Virus record (IMG/VR): IMGVR_UViG_3300033067_002348
Location: 1 to 35,881 of that record
DNA length: 35,881 nucleotides
Source of the DNA: a virus
Taxonomy: Duplodnaviria; Caudoviricetes
Strand: one strand, 5' to 3'
A model generated the notes under the pieces. It saw only the letters and a program-made list of their open reading frames with translations, searched no databases and had not been told where the DNA came from. Positions within the stretch are counted from its first letter, which is position 1. The number at the start of each line of letters is the position of its first letter. The translations under genes and the position numbers were made by a program. Shown here one piece after another: positions 17,417 to 26,024 of this stretch.

Positions 17417-17935
17417 TTAAGCGGATTCCAAGTCAATCAAAACAGAAGCTTGGCGAACCGCAACAGTACCCGCAGAGGGACCGTTGAGGGCAACGCCTAC
17501 AACTTTGTTTCCAGTGGCAACGGATCCAGCCAGCGGTTGAAACTTTCCGTCAGCGGCAAGATAAAATCCTGCACCTGTCGTAAGAGTCGCACCGTCAGCG
17601 GCAACGCCTGATGCCACATATCCACGAACGAGACCCCAGAAATAAGTTCCTGTGGTCGCAGTCGCGTGATGGCACAAGACAGCTCCGATTGCGTTGTAAG
17701 TCTTGGACGTAGAGGTCACAGTCACACTGTAAGCTCCACCGCCTAGAGGCACTGGCGAGGCGGCAAATCCAGGGTTGATTTGGCTGTTTCCAGCATTAAA
17801 AACCAACTTGAATTTTTGTTGATTCGTTGAATCGTAGCGATTTTCACCGAGCGTAAACGCAGCGGGAAGAGTCGCCACAACCATCGAAAGCCCGCCCATA
17901 CCAGCATCTACTTCGTGTCGATATTCATTACTCAT
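17417..17935 (-). CDS. Capsid decoration / cement protein
   Basis: Directly after the major capsid gene, strong SD AAGGAG, Gly/Ala/Thr-rich with YFWGLVRG motif. Confidence 0.7.
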   Translation of the reverse strand: MSNEYRHEVDAGMGGLSMVVATLPAAFTLGENRYDSTNQQKFKLVFNAGNSQINPGFAASPVPLGGGAYSVTVTSTSKTYNAIGAVLCHHATATTGTYFWGLVRGYVASGVAADGATLTTGAGFYLAADGKFQPLAGSVATGNKVVGVALNGPSAGTVAVRQASVLIDLESA

Positions 17936-17948
17936 AATTCATATCTCC

Positions 17949-18884
17949 TTAAGCAGTTAATGCGGTCATTGCGGCTTGGTAACGAGGGCCGTCACAAACC
18001 ATTTCACCCATCCACAACAGCTTTCCGATCATTGCGTCTTGATCGAAGAACTCTTGGAAATCCACAAACTTGCCAGGGAACTTTCGTTCTTGATGGCTAT
18101 AAAGTTTGATGTGTTTCGTGTTGTGGAAAATCATGTTTGATGAAGGGCAGTATTGATCTTCCATGACGGCAGCGCCGTTGAACAAAAGATTCTTAAAGCC
18201 AGCATCGGCAGATTCAGAATCCGCAAATCGTTGTTGGGGTTGCAATAAACTCCAGTACGAATTGAAGATCGATTCTGTACATGTGATTAGGTTGGGTCTC
18301 TCTGTCGGAGGCTGAGAAGCCGCTTCATATCGTTCTTGCATCTTACCAAGCGAAAGCGTGGTGGTTGTAGAATCGATTTGAGCTTGCAGCCAAGACTCTC
18401 CAGATTGCGAGATACCACCGTAGGTATTCGACGTGCTCAAATAGGCACGGCATCCAGTGATGGAAAGATGGTTAGTCGATCCATTGCTGTAAACGCCTGT
18501 TCCAAATGAATCACGAAGATCTTCCTCAGCAGCCTGAACTTCGGACTTAACATGATCGATCACTTTGTTTTCGCCAGCGTTCTTGAGCTTATCAAGTCCG
18601 GTGACAGTGATGTTCACGAAATATTGTTTCCAATCGAAAACCAACGCGGTCTTCTTTTCATTGTATGCCGTCGCAAGTGTTTGTGCGCCGGAATAGAATC
18701 CCCGTGAAGAAAAGCGAGCATATCGCACAGGTTGTCGAATATCTTGACCGCCTGGGATGCTTTCCATTCCCTTGTTCTTTTCAAGGAAATAGAGCAACGC
18801 ATTCGAAAGAATAACGTTGTCAGCCATCTTGGGGATAAACAGTTGCTTCGTAATGCTATTAATAGCACTTACTGATACAGCCAT
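17949..18884 (-). CDS. Major capsid protein
   Basis: 311 aa; GGQDIRQPVRY, FDWKQYFVNI...D-x-LKNAG-x-x-KVID, YGGI, LQPQQRF and GFKNLLFNGA motifs of HK97-fold capsids; SD AGGAG. Confidence 0.9.
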   Translation of the reverse strand: MAVSVSAINSITKQLFIPKMADNVILSNALLYFLEKNKGMESIPGGQDIRQPVRYARFSSRGFYSGAQTLATAYNEKKTALVFDWKQYFVNITVTGLDKLKNAGENKVIDHVKSEVQAAEEDLRDSFGTGVYSNGSTNHLSITGCRAYLSTSNTYGGISQSGESWLQAQIDSTTTTLSLGKMQERYEAASQPPTERPNLITCTESIFNSYWSLLQPQQRFADSESADAGFKNLLFNGAAVMEDQYCPSSNMIFHNTKHIKLYSHQERKFPGKFVDFQEFFDQDAMIGKLLWMGEMVCDGPRYQAAMTALTA

Positions 18885-18912
18885 TGTATATCTCCTAAAT
18901 TATAATTGTTTA

Positions 18913-19827
18913 TTAACCTTGAGCTTCTGCGCTCTGACGAGCGATATCTAAAAGCTCACCATAAGAGGCTTTTCGAAAGTCGATCTTTCGTTCTCCTTGA
19001 CCCAAATTAAAGGGTGTAGAACTTCTCGCGACTTCTCCCGATTGTTTCGCTTTCTGTAGGCCCTTCGTGGCTTCGGTTCTTCCGCGTGATGCGTAAATAT
19101 CCGCCAACTCAGGCTTAAAGTATTTAAGCGCTGCGCTCTCGAAATCAGGGAGTTGATGATCCAATCCAAACTGAACCACTTTAGCCCAAACCTTGACTCC
19201 ATCCTCATCGGTCGCTTCAAGATTGATTTCAGGGTAGTCCTTCGCGAACGTCTGAATCTCAGTCTTTACATACTCAACATCTTGTTGGGTCTGCGCTTCC
19301 TCTTGGGACTTCTCCCAGCTTGATTTAAATTGGCTCAAATCCTGAAGTTGCTGTTTAAGACCGTTAATCTCATCCAACATCGGATTGTATTCTGGATTCG
19401 CCAGAACTTTGTCTCGATTTTGGTAGAGATCCCAGATCTTCTGCCATGCTTCAGGGTTTTTCTCGGACCATTCTTGAAACTGTCCATACTTATCATAAAA
19501 GCCCTTGGCCTTTTCATATTCGGCCTTTTGAGCATCGAATTGGGCTCTTTGATTGTTAAAGTCCTTAAACTTGCCCTCAAAATGGGCCGCTTGCCGATAC
19601 GTATTGGCGAGCGTGCTATAAGGAACTTTTAAAACTTTGCCGTTGTGAGTGATCGGAAACTCACTTGAAAGAGGAAACTTGTGAGGCTTTCCTTCTGCGT
19701 ACAACTCAAACATTTCTTGAGCTGTTGGTTGAGGAGTGGTCTCGGCGGTTTCTGCGTTTGGAGTCGTTACTTCAGGAGTTGTCGACTCAATCCCAGCGCT
19801 TGAAAGATACTCTTCATCTGTAGGCAT
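18913..19827 (-). CDS. Scaffolding protein
   Basis: Acidic N-terminus, long coiled coils, immediately upstream of the capsid gene. Confidence 0.75.
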   Translation of the reverse strand: MPTDEEYLSSAGIESTTPEVTTPNAETAETTPQPTAQEMFELYAEGKPHKFPLSSEFPITHNGKVLKVPYSTLANTYRQAAHFEGKFKDFNNQRAQFDAQKAEYEKAKGFYDKYGQFQEWSEKNPEAWQKIWDLYQNRDKVLANPEYNPMLDEINGLKQQLQDLSQFKSSWEKSQEEAQTQQDVEYVKTEIQTFAKDYPEINLEATDEDGVKVWAKVVQFGLDHQLPDFESAALKYFKPELADIYASRGRTEATKGLQKAKQSGEVARSSTPFNLGQGERKIDFRKASYGELLDIARQSAEAQG

Positions 19828-19829
19828 AA

Positions 19830-20162
19830 TTAAGCTCTAACCGCCTTCATACCTTTTCCAGTGTATTGATCAACAGGTACGGCACCCTTGGCCATCTGAT
19901 CACTTTGAATAGCTCCGCCTTTTGATGGCGCCGCTGTTCCGGTCATCACGGAGACAAACTCTCCAAAACTTTGTACCGCAGCACTGAGAGGATCCATCAC
20001 TTCTGCAGGAGCATTAGCGCCAGCGAGTGCTTCTTTTAAGCTATTAAGCGCCTCTTCAAGCTTCTTTACGGTTTCAAGAGCATCAGGTTGATCTCCTCCC
20101 TGAGGAGCAGCTTGAGCATCTTGTGGTTGCATTTGATCTTGAGGATTCATTTGATCGGCCAT
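19830..20162 (-). CDS. Hypothetical Gln/Pro/Ala-rich protein
   Basis: SD GAGGG; co-oriented in the head module. Confidence 0.7.
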   Translation of the reverse strand: MADQMNPQDQMQPQDAQAAPQGGDQPDALETVKKLEEALNSLKEALAGANAPAEVMDPLSAAVQSFGEFVSVMTGTAAPSKGGAIQSDQMAKGAVPVDQYTGKGMKAVRA

Positions 20163-20179
20163 TATTCCCTCTTTCTTGA

Positions 20180-20413
20180 TTAAAGTAGTTGAGCGACAGG
20201 CTTCTTAGCAATCGCTGAAGCTTGTTGGTTCATCATTTTCACATCATTCAAAACGGGCTTAACAGGTTGACCCTGCACAACGCCTTGTTTTGGATTTGCA
20301 GCCAAAGACTTCATGGCAAGCATCTTTCGATCTGTCGATGGAGCCTGTTTCTTAGCTTCTGGAAATGAAATTTTCGGTGAAGATGAGCCCGCATCGGGCC
20401 GAGATAACATCAT
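20180..20413 (-). CDS. Hypothetical basic protein
   Basis: SD GGGGG; preceded by an extended -10 box. Confidence 0.65.
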   Translation of the reverse strand: MMLSRPDAGSSSPKISFPEAKKQAPSTDRKMLAMKSLAANPKQGVVQGQPVKPVLNDVKMMNQQASAIAKKPVAQLL

Positions 20414-20428
20414 AAGATCCCCCTAGTG

Positions 20429-20437
20429 ATCATATCA
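20429..20437 (-). promoter_or_regulatory. Extended -10 promoter upstream of scaffold and capsid genes
   Basis: Minus strand TG-A-TATGAT in the intergenic gap. Confidence 0.5.
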
Positions 20438-20441
20438 TCAA

Positions 20442-20801
20442 TTAAGTTTGCTCTGTTTCCAAGCCAAAAAGTGTAAACGTCAGAGCTGTAGCCGTTCCCA
20501 CCTTTGCAGAGATGCTGCTATCGGATGATTCCAAGAACAAGCCAGCCCCCGCACTAAACGAAATCAGTGTTGTTGAGTTTGCAGACACGGAAACCGAATT
20601 ATACAAAGCATTAGCTGTTCCGTTTCTGACCCCGTTCTTATCCACATAAAGACTAAACGTTGACGCACCTGCAGTTGTATTGGCGATAAAGATGCTTCTA
20701 ATCTCTGTCGAAGTCGAATCAGGCGGCTGATAAAGAAGTGTGGCAGACGTCGTTACAGGAGCTCTCTGAACCAATATCTTTGGAGTGATCTTAACCGGCA
20801 C
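20442..20801 (-). CDS. Small Ser/Thr-rich virion protein
   Basis: TLLYQPP...IRSIFIANTT...LTFTLFGLE beta-sandwich pattern common in phage structural genes. Confidence 0.7.
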   Translation of the reverse strand: MPVKITPKILVQRAPVTTSATLLYQPPDSTSTEIRSIFIANTTAGASTFSLYVDKNGVRNGTANALYNSVSVSANSTTLISFSAGAGLFLESSDSSISAKVGTATALTFTLFGLETEQT

Positions 20802-22641
20802 CGACAGGAGCTCCCTGTTGAGCGGCCATATCCGCCTGCTTTTTAGCGTCCATACGTTTTAGAACTTCCTCATAATTAGGCCAATCGACAACCTTCAAAA
20901 GTTCTTGGGAATCAATTGCACCCGCATTGAGATACTGAAGAGCTGTTGAAGCTTTTTGAGCTTTTGCAAACGGAAGAGCCGATCCAGAAATCACTCGAAC
21001 ATCAGGCGCACCCTTTACAGTGACTTGAGTCATCGTTGCAGGAAGAGGCTTTCCATCTTGAGTGGAAATTCTTCGAATGTTTGCAACCTTGTTTCCTGAG
21101 TCATCCGAATCCATATAGAACTCAATAGATTCTGGATAGCCCTGCTTGTTCGTGATCCTAAAGATCCTTGGAGCCGTATAAAACTGCAAATAGATGTAGA
21201 GCATGATTTGGCCCGCATCTTGAAGAGCATAATCAAGCGATCGATTCTTCATTCTGGGCCGTGTTTGAGAAGCTTCGATATAGCCCTCAAGCATAATTCC
21301 AGAATCAATGCCTGTTTGCTCAGCACCTCGAGTGACGTCTTGAAGACCTTGAACCTTATCGAGCATGGCTTCAGCACGAGAGAGAAGTTCAAAAGAGCCT
21401 GGAGCTATGGGAGCCCCTGGTTCCTGTCGATATCCGCCCATATCGTTAGTTTCGACAACTAAACCTGGCTCGTTTGTAAGCTCATCAGGATCAATTCCCG
21501 ATTGATTGGAGATAACCACGCGAGGATTCGCAGCCATTCGAAAGGAATCCATGATGTAAGACCAAATGTAGTTAAAAATCTTTTGTGGTCCACGAGTCTG
21601 AGTGACTTCGTTTTCACCCGCATATTCACCTGGGTATTGATAGTTACAGAGCTTTACGATGGGCAAACAATCAGGAGCCTCATAAGGAACCCATTGTTTT
21701 TCAATCATCACGCCAGGAACATCATCAAAAAGAACGGTGTTATTCGCGATCTCAAGGTATCGGCCATTAGGATACTTCTTTTTAAGAACGTATTCTTTTT
21801 CACCTTCAGGCTTTTCTTCAACGATCTCTTCAACCGCCTCATCTCGCATCCAGACTCTCATCAAGAGAGTTTGAGGTTCTCCGCCATATTGCTGTCCATC
21901 CACATTCGAAGACGATGGAAGTCGTGTTGGAGAATACGGATCAACGTTTGTGTAAATCGTGCTGTATTGAACCGTTGAGAAATTAGATTGCCGAGTAAGG
22001 TCTGTGATATCGGCACGAATCTGATCTTTATGCTGAGGATATTTGAGTTTCAGCTCAGAGGTTGGAACAGGAGCACAGTAAATAAAATATCTCGCTCGTC
22101 TTGGTCGATTAATCTGCTCGGCTCTTGGATCCCAGTAACAATAAAAGGGATCGAGTCTCCTCCAGGATACATCTCCAAGGCCATGCTCAAGTTCAGGATC
22201 CCATGCAATTTCGGCATGAGCCACATGGTAGAGCTTGGCATCAAAGAGCATATCTTGAACAACAGAGGACCAACAATACTTGTCCCAATTCCTGTTGTTA
22301 ACCTCTCTTAAGGCCTCAACGAATGCTTCATCATCAAGTTCTTGAGAAACAAATTCTACTTTGGGGCGACTATCCGTTTGGATCGCAATCTCAGTCATGA
22401 TCGTGGCCCAAGTGATGTTAACGACTTCATTAAATCGCCATCTCGGTCGTTCAATGGGCCACTGCTTTCCGCCGACGACGAACTCATAGTTATAGTGCCA
22501 CTGAGTATCGTATCTTCGACGAAACTTCTTAGCTCTCTCAAAGAGCTCATTGACCATTTTGACTGTATCTTTTTCTTCCTCGGTTTGATGGGTCGGAGTC
22601 GTATTAAGGGTCTGCTGTTCGTGCTCAGTGATAATCGCCAT
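20791..22641 (-). CDS. Portal protein (P22-like)
   Basis: 616 aa downstream of TerL; GKQW...VVNI...RP, RLDPF..YWDP and GLQDVTRG...SG motifs. Confidence 0.9.
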   Translation of the reverse strand: MAIITEHEQQTLNTTPTHQTEEEKDTVKMVNELFERAKKFRRRYDTQWHYNYEFVVGGKQWPIERPRWRFNEVVNITWATIMTEIAIQTDSRPKVEFVSQELDDEAFVEALREVNNRNWDKYCWSSVVQDMLFDAKLYHVAHAEIAWDPELEHGLGDVSWRRLDPFYCYWDPRAEQINRPRRARYFIYCAPVPTSELKLKYPQHKDQIRADITDLTRQSNFSTVQYSTIYTNVDPYSPTRLPSSSNVDGQQYGGEPQTLLMRVWMRDEAVEEIVEEKPEGEKEYVLKKKYPNGRYLEIANNTVLFDDVPGVMIEKQWVPYEAPDCLPIVKLCNYQYPGEYAGENEVTQTRGPQKIFNYIWSYIMDSFRMAANPRVVISNQSGIDPDELTNEPGLVVETNDMGGYRQEPGAPIAPGSFELLSRAEAMLDKVQGLQDVTRGAEQTGIDSGIMLEGYIEASQTRPRMKNRSLDYALQDAGQIMLYIYLQFYTAPRIFRITNKQGYPESIEFYMDSDDSGNKVANIRRISTQDGKPLPATMTQVTVKGAPDVRVISGSALPFAKAQKASTALQYLNAGAIDSQELLKVVDWPNYEEVLKRMDAKKQADMAAQQGAPVGAG

Positions 22642-22955
22642 TAATATTCCTTAAATTTCTTTTTAACCGTCGAAAGGTTGTCGTTTCCGACCTCTTCAAG
22701 TCTACGCCCCGTCTCGCCCTTGTAACGAGCAATCTCTTCTTTCAATTGATTTTTCGTTGTGAATGTTTTGCCAAACGCCCAGTTTTTCTGAGGTTCGATG
22801 ATGCAATTGGAAGTCGAAAGCCAAGGAGCATTAAAATATCTGCTCATCTCGGCTCCACAAGAGTGGATCTCATCTCGATCAGCGTTGTCCATGGATTTGA
22901 TGATTTCTACGATTGCTCGGCATGAAGGGCAGAAATAGTCATAAAGTGGGGGCAT
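22641..22955 (-). CDS. FmdB-like zinc-ribbon protein
   Basis: [12 protein letters not shown]...HSCGAEMSR; start reassigned to ATG 22955. Confidence 0.8.
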   Translation of the reverse strand: MPPLYDYFCPSCRAIVEIIKSMDNADRDEIHSCGAEMSRYFNAPWLSTSNCIIEPQKNWAFGKTFTTKNQLKEEIARYKGETGRRLEEVGNDNLSTVKKKFKEY

Positions 22956-23310
22956 AGTTCCACCTTTTCTTGTGCCCGAGAAGTCCAATTTCACGACCTC
23001 TATCGGGGGTAAAGTGATGTTTTCCATGTTCTGATGCACTCATGAGTTCGAGATTTTCTATTCGATTGTCGTCTTTTTTTCCGTTCTTGTGATGAACACA
23101 TTCTTGAGATGACAACTTTCTACCCAAATACTGTTCATAGATCAGTCTGTGCTGATAAATGGCGGTGCCATTCACTCTTGTGTAAAGATAGCCAGCAATT
23201 GACTTCCACCACTTGCGCTCTCTGGGAGTACATTTTCGGCAATACTCAGACCTAACCCTTCCAACAAGTGTTCGGGCTTGCTTGCAGACTGTGCAGGTTG
23301 CAATCGGCAT
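22939..23310 (-). CDS. HNH homing endonuclease
   Basis: [15 protein letters not shown]...[19 protein letters not shown] plus an N-terminal CxxC/CxxC. Confidence 0.9.
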   Translation of the reverse strand: MPIATCTVCKQARTLVGRVRSEYCRKCTPRERKWWKSIAGYLYTRVNGTAIYQHRLIYEQYLGRKLSSQECVHHKNGKKDDNRIENLELMSASEHGKHHFTPDRGREIGLLGHKKRWNYAPTL

Positions 23311-23330
23311 CTTAAAACCCTAACTTAAAA

Positions 23331-24626
23331 CTAATAGGCTTCCCAAGATCTTTTCGTCTTCGAGGTCTTTGTGGGATCAAAACGATCGATCACAGCATGA
23401 GACCGACTCACAAAAGGTTTTGGAGCTTCAAAGACTTTTAGGTTCATAGTTCCGATTGTAACGTATCTCGTGGCATCCATCAGGTGATCGTTGATGGCAA
23501 CGGGAACTTCTTTAACCACTGAGCCTTCGATGTATTCAGGCCAGTGATAGGTTTCGTATTCATCTTCCAAATGAGGACACGCCCCCCTAATAATTTTGTA
23601 CCGTCCTGAGCGGATAAACTCGATGTGCTTATTGATTCCGGGAACGATCTGTTTGTAGTTTTCATTTCCGATATGAAAGCCTGCGGCCACGCAACCGGCT
23701 TTATTGAGGGCTGAGATCATATCTGGACGCGCCGGGTCACAGTAGAATCGTTCCACATGAAACACGTCCATTTTTGACCTACAAAGCATCACTTGTTGGT
23801 TCGGATCCATGCCTGCCTGCTTAAACTCATCAATGTCATAGTGATATCCATCAGGAGTAACGGCACGAATAATAACAGCAAACTCATGGCCTTCAGCGAA
23901 TCCAAAATCCACGCCAGCGAAAAATCGGGTGCCCTTAGGAAGCTTCTGAGGTTCCATAAAGTTCTCATCTGTAATTTCGTAAACCAATCCTTCCATGCGT
24001 TCATGGATGCCCATGTATTTACGTCTGAAGGTTCTGGGATCGAGGATTTGTTTTTGGCGTTCATACTCTTCCTTTGGGAATGAGGGATTATCAATTGAAA
24101 GCCACTCGAAGTGGGCAACATCATTTCTTTTCCCCTCTCGAAGAGGCTTTATTAAACTTTGATAAGGCCAGTTCATTCCATAGGGAGTGGTTGTAACGAT
24201 GATTGGGGCTGCGGTTCTTGCCGCCCGGCCTTCAATATTTATCCAAAAGGTATAAGAACAGAGCCCACCCTCATCCAGCCATATAGCTCGAGTATTTTGG
24301 ATTCCTTCTATTGAGAATGGATTTGTGGAGGTTCTGAAGTAAATGATCGCCCCGCTTTTTAAAACGAATTGAGCGTCGCCAGATTTATATTCTCCAAAAG
24401 GAAGAGCATATTTTAAGAAAGTCGGCAGGGTTGATTGCTGCATGATTTTGTAAGAAGGGCCAGCAACAATGAATGCGTGATCCGGTCCAGACCACTTTGA
24501 AATTTGCCTCAGCATCCAAAGGGCGCCAACAGACGACTTTCCTCCGCTAATGCCGCTAGTGCATAAAGTGATCTTTTTTTCGCTTAAAAAGGCTGCGCCT
24601 TGTTTTTTATGAAGGTGTAAAGGCAC
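23331..24626 (-). CDS. terL: Terminase large subunit
   Basis: Walker A-like SGISGGKS, Walker B WLDEG, TTTP coupling motif, nuclease motifs GVDFGF and NDHLMDATRY. Confidence 0.95.
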   Translation of the reverse strand: MPLHLHKKQGAAFLSEKKITLCTSGISGGKSSVGALWMLRQISKWSGPDHAFIVAGPSYKIMQQSTLPTFLKYALPFGEYKSGDAQFVLKSGAIIYFRTSTNPFSIEGIQNTRAIWLDEGGLCSYTFWINIEGRAARTAAPIIVTTTPYGMNWPYQSLIKPLREGKRNDVAHFEWLSIDNPSFPKEEYERQKQILDPRTFRRKYMGIHERMEGLVYEITDENFMEPQKLPKGTRFFAGVDFGFAEGHEFAVIIRAVTPDGYHYDIDEFKQAGMDPNQQVMLCRSKMDVFHVERFYCDPARPDMISALNKAGCVAAGFHIGNENYKQIVPGINKHIEFIRSGRYKIIRGACPHLEDEYETYHWPEYIEGSVVKEVPVAINDHLMDATRYVTIGTMNLKVFEAPKPFVSRSHAVIDRFDPTKTSKTKRSWEAY

Positions 24627-25074
24627 TCCAGCGCTTCCCCTTTATAATCCTCCAAGCCTGAGTCAGAGAGATTTTATATTTATCCGCAATTTCTTGATAA
24701 GTAACTCCGTCCACCTTAGCAGCCCTGATTTCAACGACCTCAGAAGTGGTGAGCTTCGAGTATCCTAGGTGGCCATATGTATAAAAATGACGACCCTTGC
24801 GTACTTTATCCCTCATGTTGTCTGTGTGAGTCCCGAGAAAAAGATGCTTAGGATTAATGCACTTTCGATTGTCACATCGATGACAAACCATGAGACCTTT
24901 TGTTGGCCCTATGTTCAGACAATATTGAACTCTGTGGACCAACCTGCTTTTACCGAAGATGGATATTTCTCCATATCCAGATGATGAGACCTTGAGCTGC
25001 CACTCCCAGCAATCGTTAACGACCTTATAATTTTTCTGAATTCTCTTCGACGGGCTTATCCCGAAAGCTCTCAT
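24607..25074 (-). CDS. HNH homing endonuclease with C-terminal HTH
   Basis: CWEWQ...GYG...VHRV...VCHRCDNRKCINPKHLFLGTHTDNMRD, then KLT..EV.EIR HTH; start reassigned to ATG 25074 (SD AGAGG). Confidence 0.9.
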   Translation of the reverse strand: MRAFGISPSKRIQKNYKVVNDCWEWQLKVSSSGYGEISIFGKSRLVHRVQYCLNIGPTKGLMVCHRCDNRKCINPKHLFLGTHTDNMRDKVRKGRHFYTYGHLGYSKLTTSEVVEIRAAKVDGVTYQEIADKYKISLTQAWRIIKGKRWSAFTPS

Positions 25075-25528
25075 CGGCCTCTGAAGCTTTAAACTCATAC
25101 TGAACCCCTTCAACAACGACCTGAAGAGGCGCTGTCGTTTGTATCTGTATTGAAGGCTCATCCTTCCAAACTCCGAATGTTTTATAAATCGAAGAGATGA
25201 GTCGTATTTGATTTCCGGCTTGAACGGGATCTGGATCTTTAAGAATGGAAAGAGTCTTTGTGTCACAAAGGCCGAGCATTTTAATATTTCGATCTCGTGA
25301 CCGCTGGACAGCTTCCCTGATCTGATCGTCGCTTAGAGCCCGCCTCATGGAAGCATAAACAGTATTCCTATGAACCCCGAGCTCTTCTGCACATTTTCGT
25401 ACATTCAGCGTCTCCAGGGCTTTAGCAGCAATCTCTTGGTCTTTGAGTTCGGTAAATATTTTAGACTCTTTTGGTTTACCCTTTTGAGTATTGGAAGGCT
25501 TTCTCTTCTTGGGTGGTTTTTCTTTCAC
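25025..25528 (-). CDS. Probable terminase small subunit
   Basis: HTH (VRKCAEELGVHRNTVY) plus helical body, upstream of TerL. Confidence 0.65.
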   Translation of the reverse strand: MKEKPPKKRKPSNTQKGKPKESKIFTELKDQEIAAKALETLNVRKCAEELGVHRNTVYASMRRALSDDQIREAVQRSRDRNIKMLGLCDTKTLSILKDPDPVQAGNQIRLISSIYKTFGVWKDEPSIQIQTTAPLQVVVEGVQYEFKASEADESFRDKPVEENSEKL

Positions 25529-25773
25529 TCGAGATCTCCAAGAGAGTTCTTGGCTTCCATAATCATAGCTTCAAATGCAGGAAAGTCTTTATCGGAGCCA
25601 GTAGCACGTTTGTAAGCAGCATGGGTTTCAGAGAGAATATGGAGAAAGTCTCTGGGAACAGCGATAGAGAACATGGTCCATCCCATGGGAAGGTCGGTGA
25701 CTTCGTGATCGAGATCTTCGAAGTAGGCATCAATCTTTTTTTGCTCCTCTTCGGAGATATCAAATTGGTCCAT
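25525..25773 (-). CDS. Hypothetical acidic protein
   Basis: Start reassigned to MDQFDISEEE (ATG 25773); overlaps its neighbours at both ends. Confidence 0.6.
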   Translation of the reverse strand: MDQFDISEEEQKKIDAYFEDLDHEVTDLPMGWTMFSIAVPRDFLHILSETHAAYKRATGSDKDFPAFEAMIMEAKNSLGDLE

Positions 25774-25972
25774 TGTCTTTTTGAAGCCTTTTAAGTTCTT
25801 TTTCGAGAGTTTGGAGGTCGAGATTGGCAACGACTCGAGTTCGTCGAGGCTCGTGATATTCTTCAGCGGGTCTAAACACTCTTGGTTTAGGCTTCTTCTT
25901 TTTCTTAAAGAGAAAGTGGATGGAAAATCCAATAATGATTCCGAAGATAAGACCGATGAGACCTGTTAGCAT
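25760..25972 (-). CDS. Small membrane-anchored protein
   Basis: N-terminal TM helix followed by poly-Lys; SD AGGGAG. Confidence 0.7.
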   Translation of the reverse strand: MLTGLIGLIFGIIIGFSIHFLFKKKKKPKPRVFRPAEEYHEPRRTRVVANLDLQTLEKELKRLQKDNGPI

Positions 25973-25992
25973 TTCAGCTCCCTATAACAAAT

Positions 25993-26021
25993 AAGGTAGT
26001 GCGTTTGTGGAGTAAATACAA
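25993..26021 (-). promoter_or_regulatory. Sigma70-type promoter for packaging genes
   Basis: Minus strand TTGTAT-17nt-TACCTT in the intergenic gap. Confidence 0.45.
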
Positions 26022-26024
26022 GTT

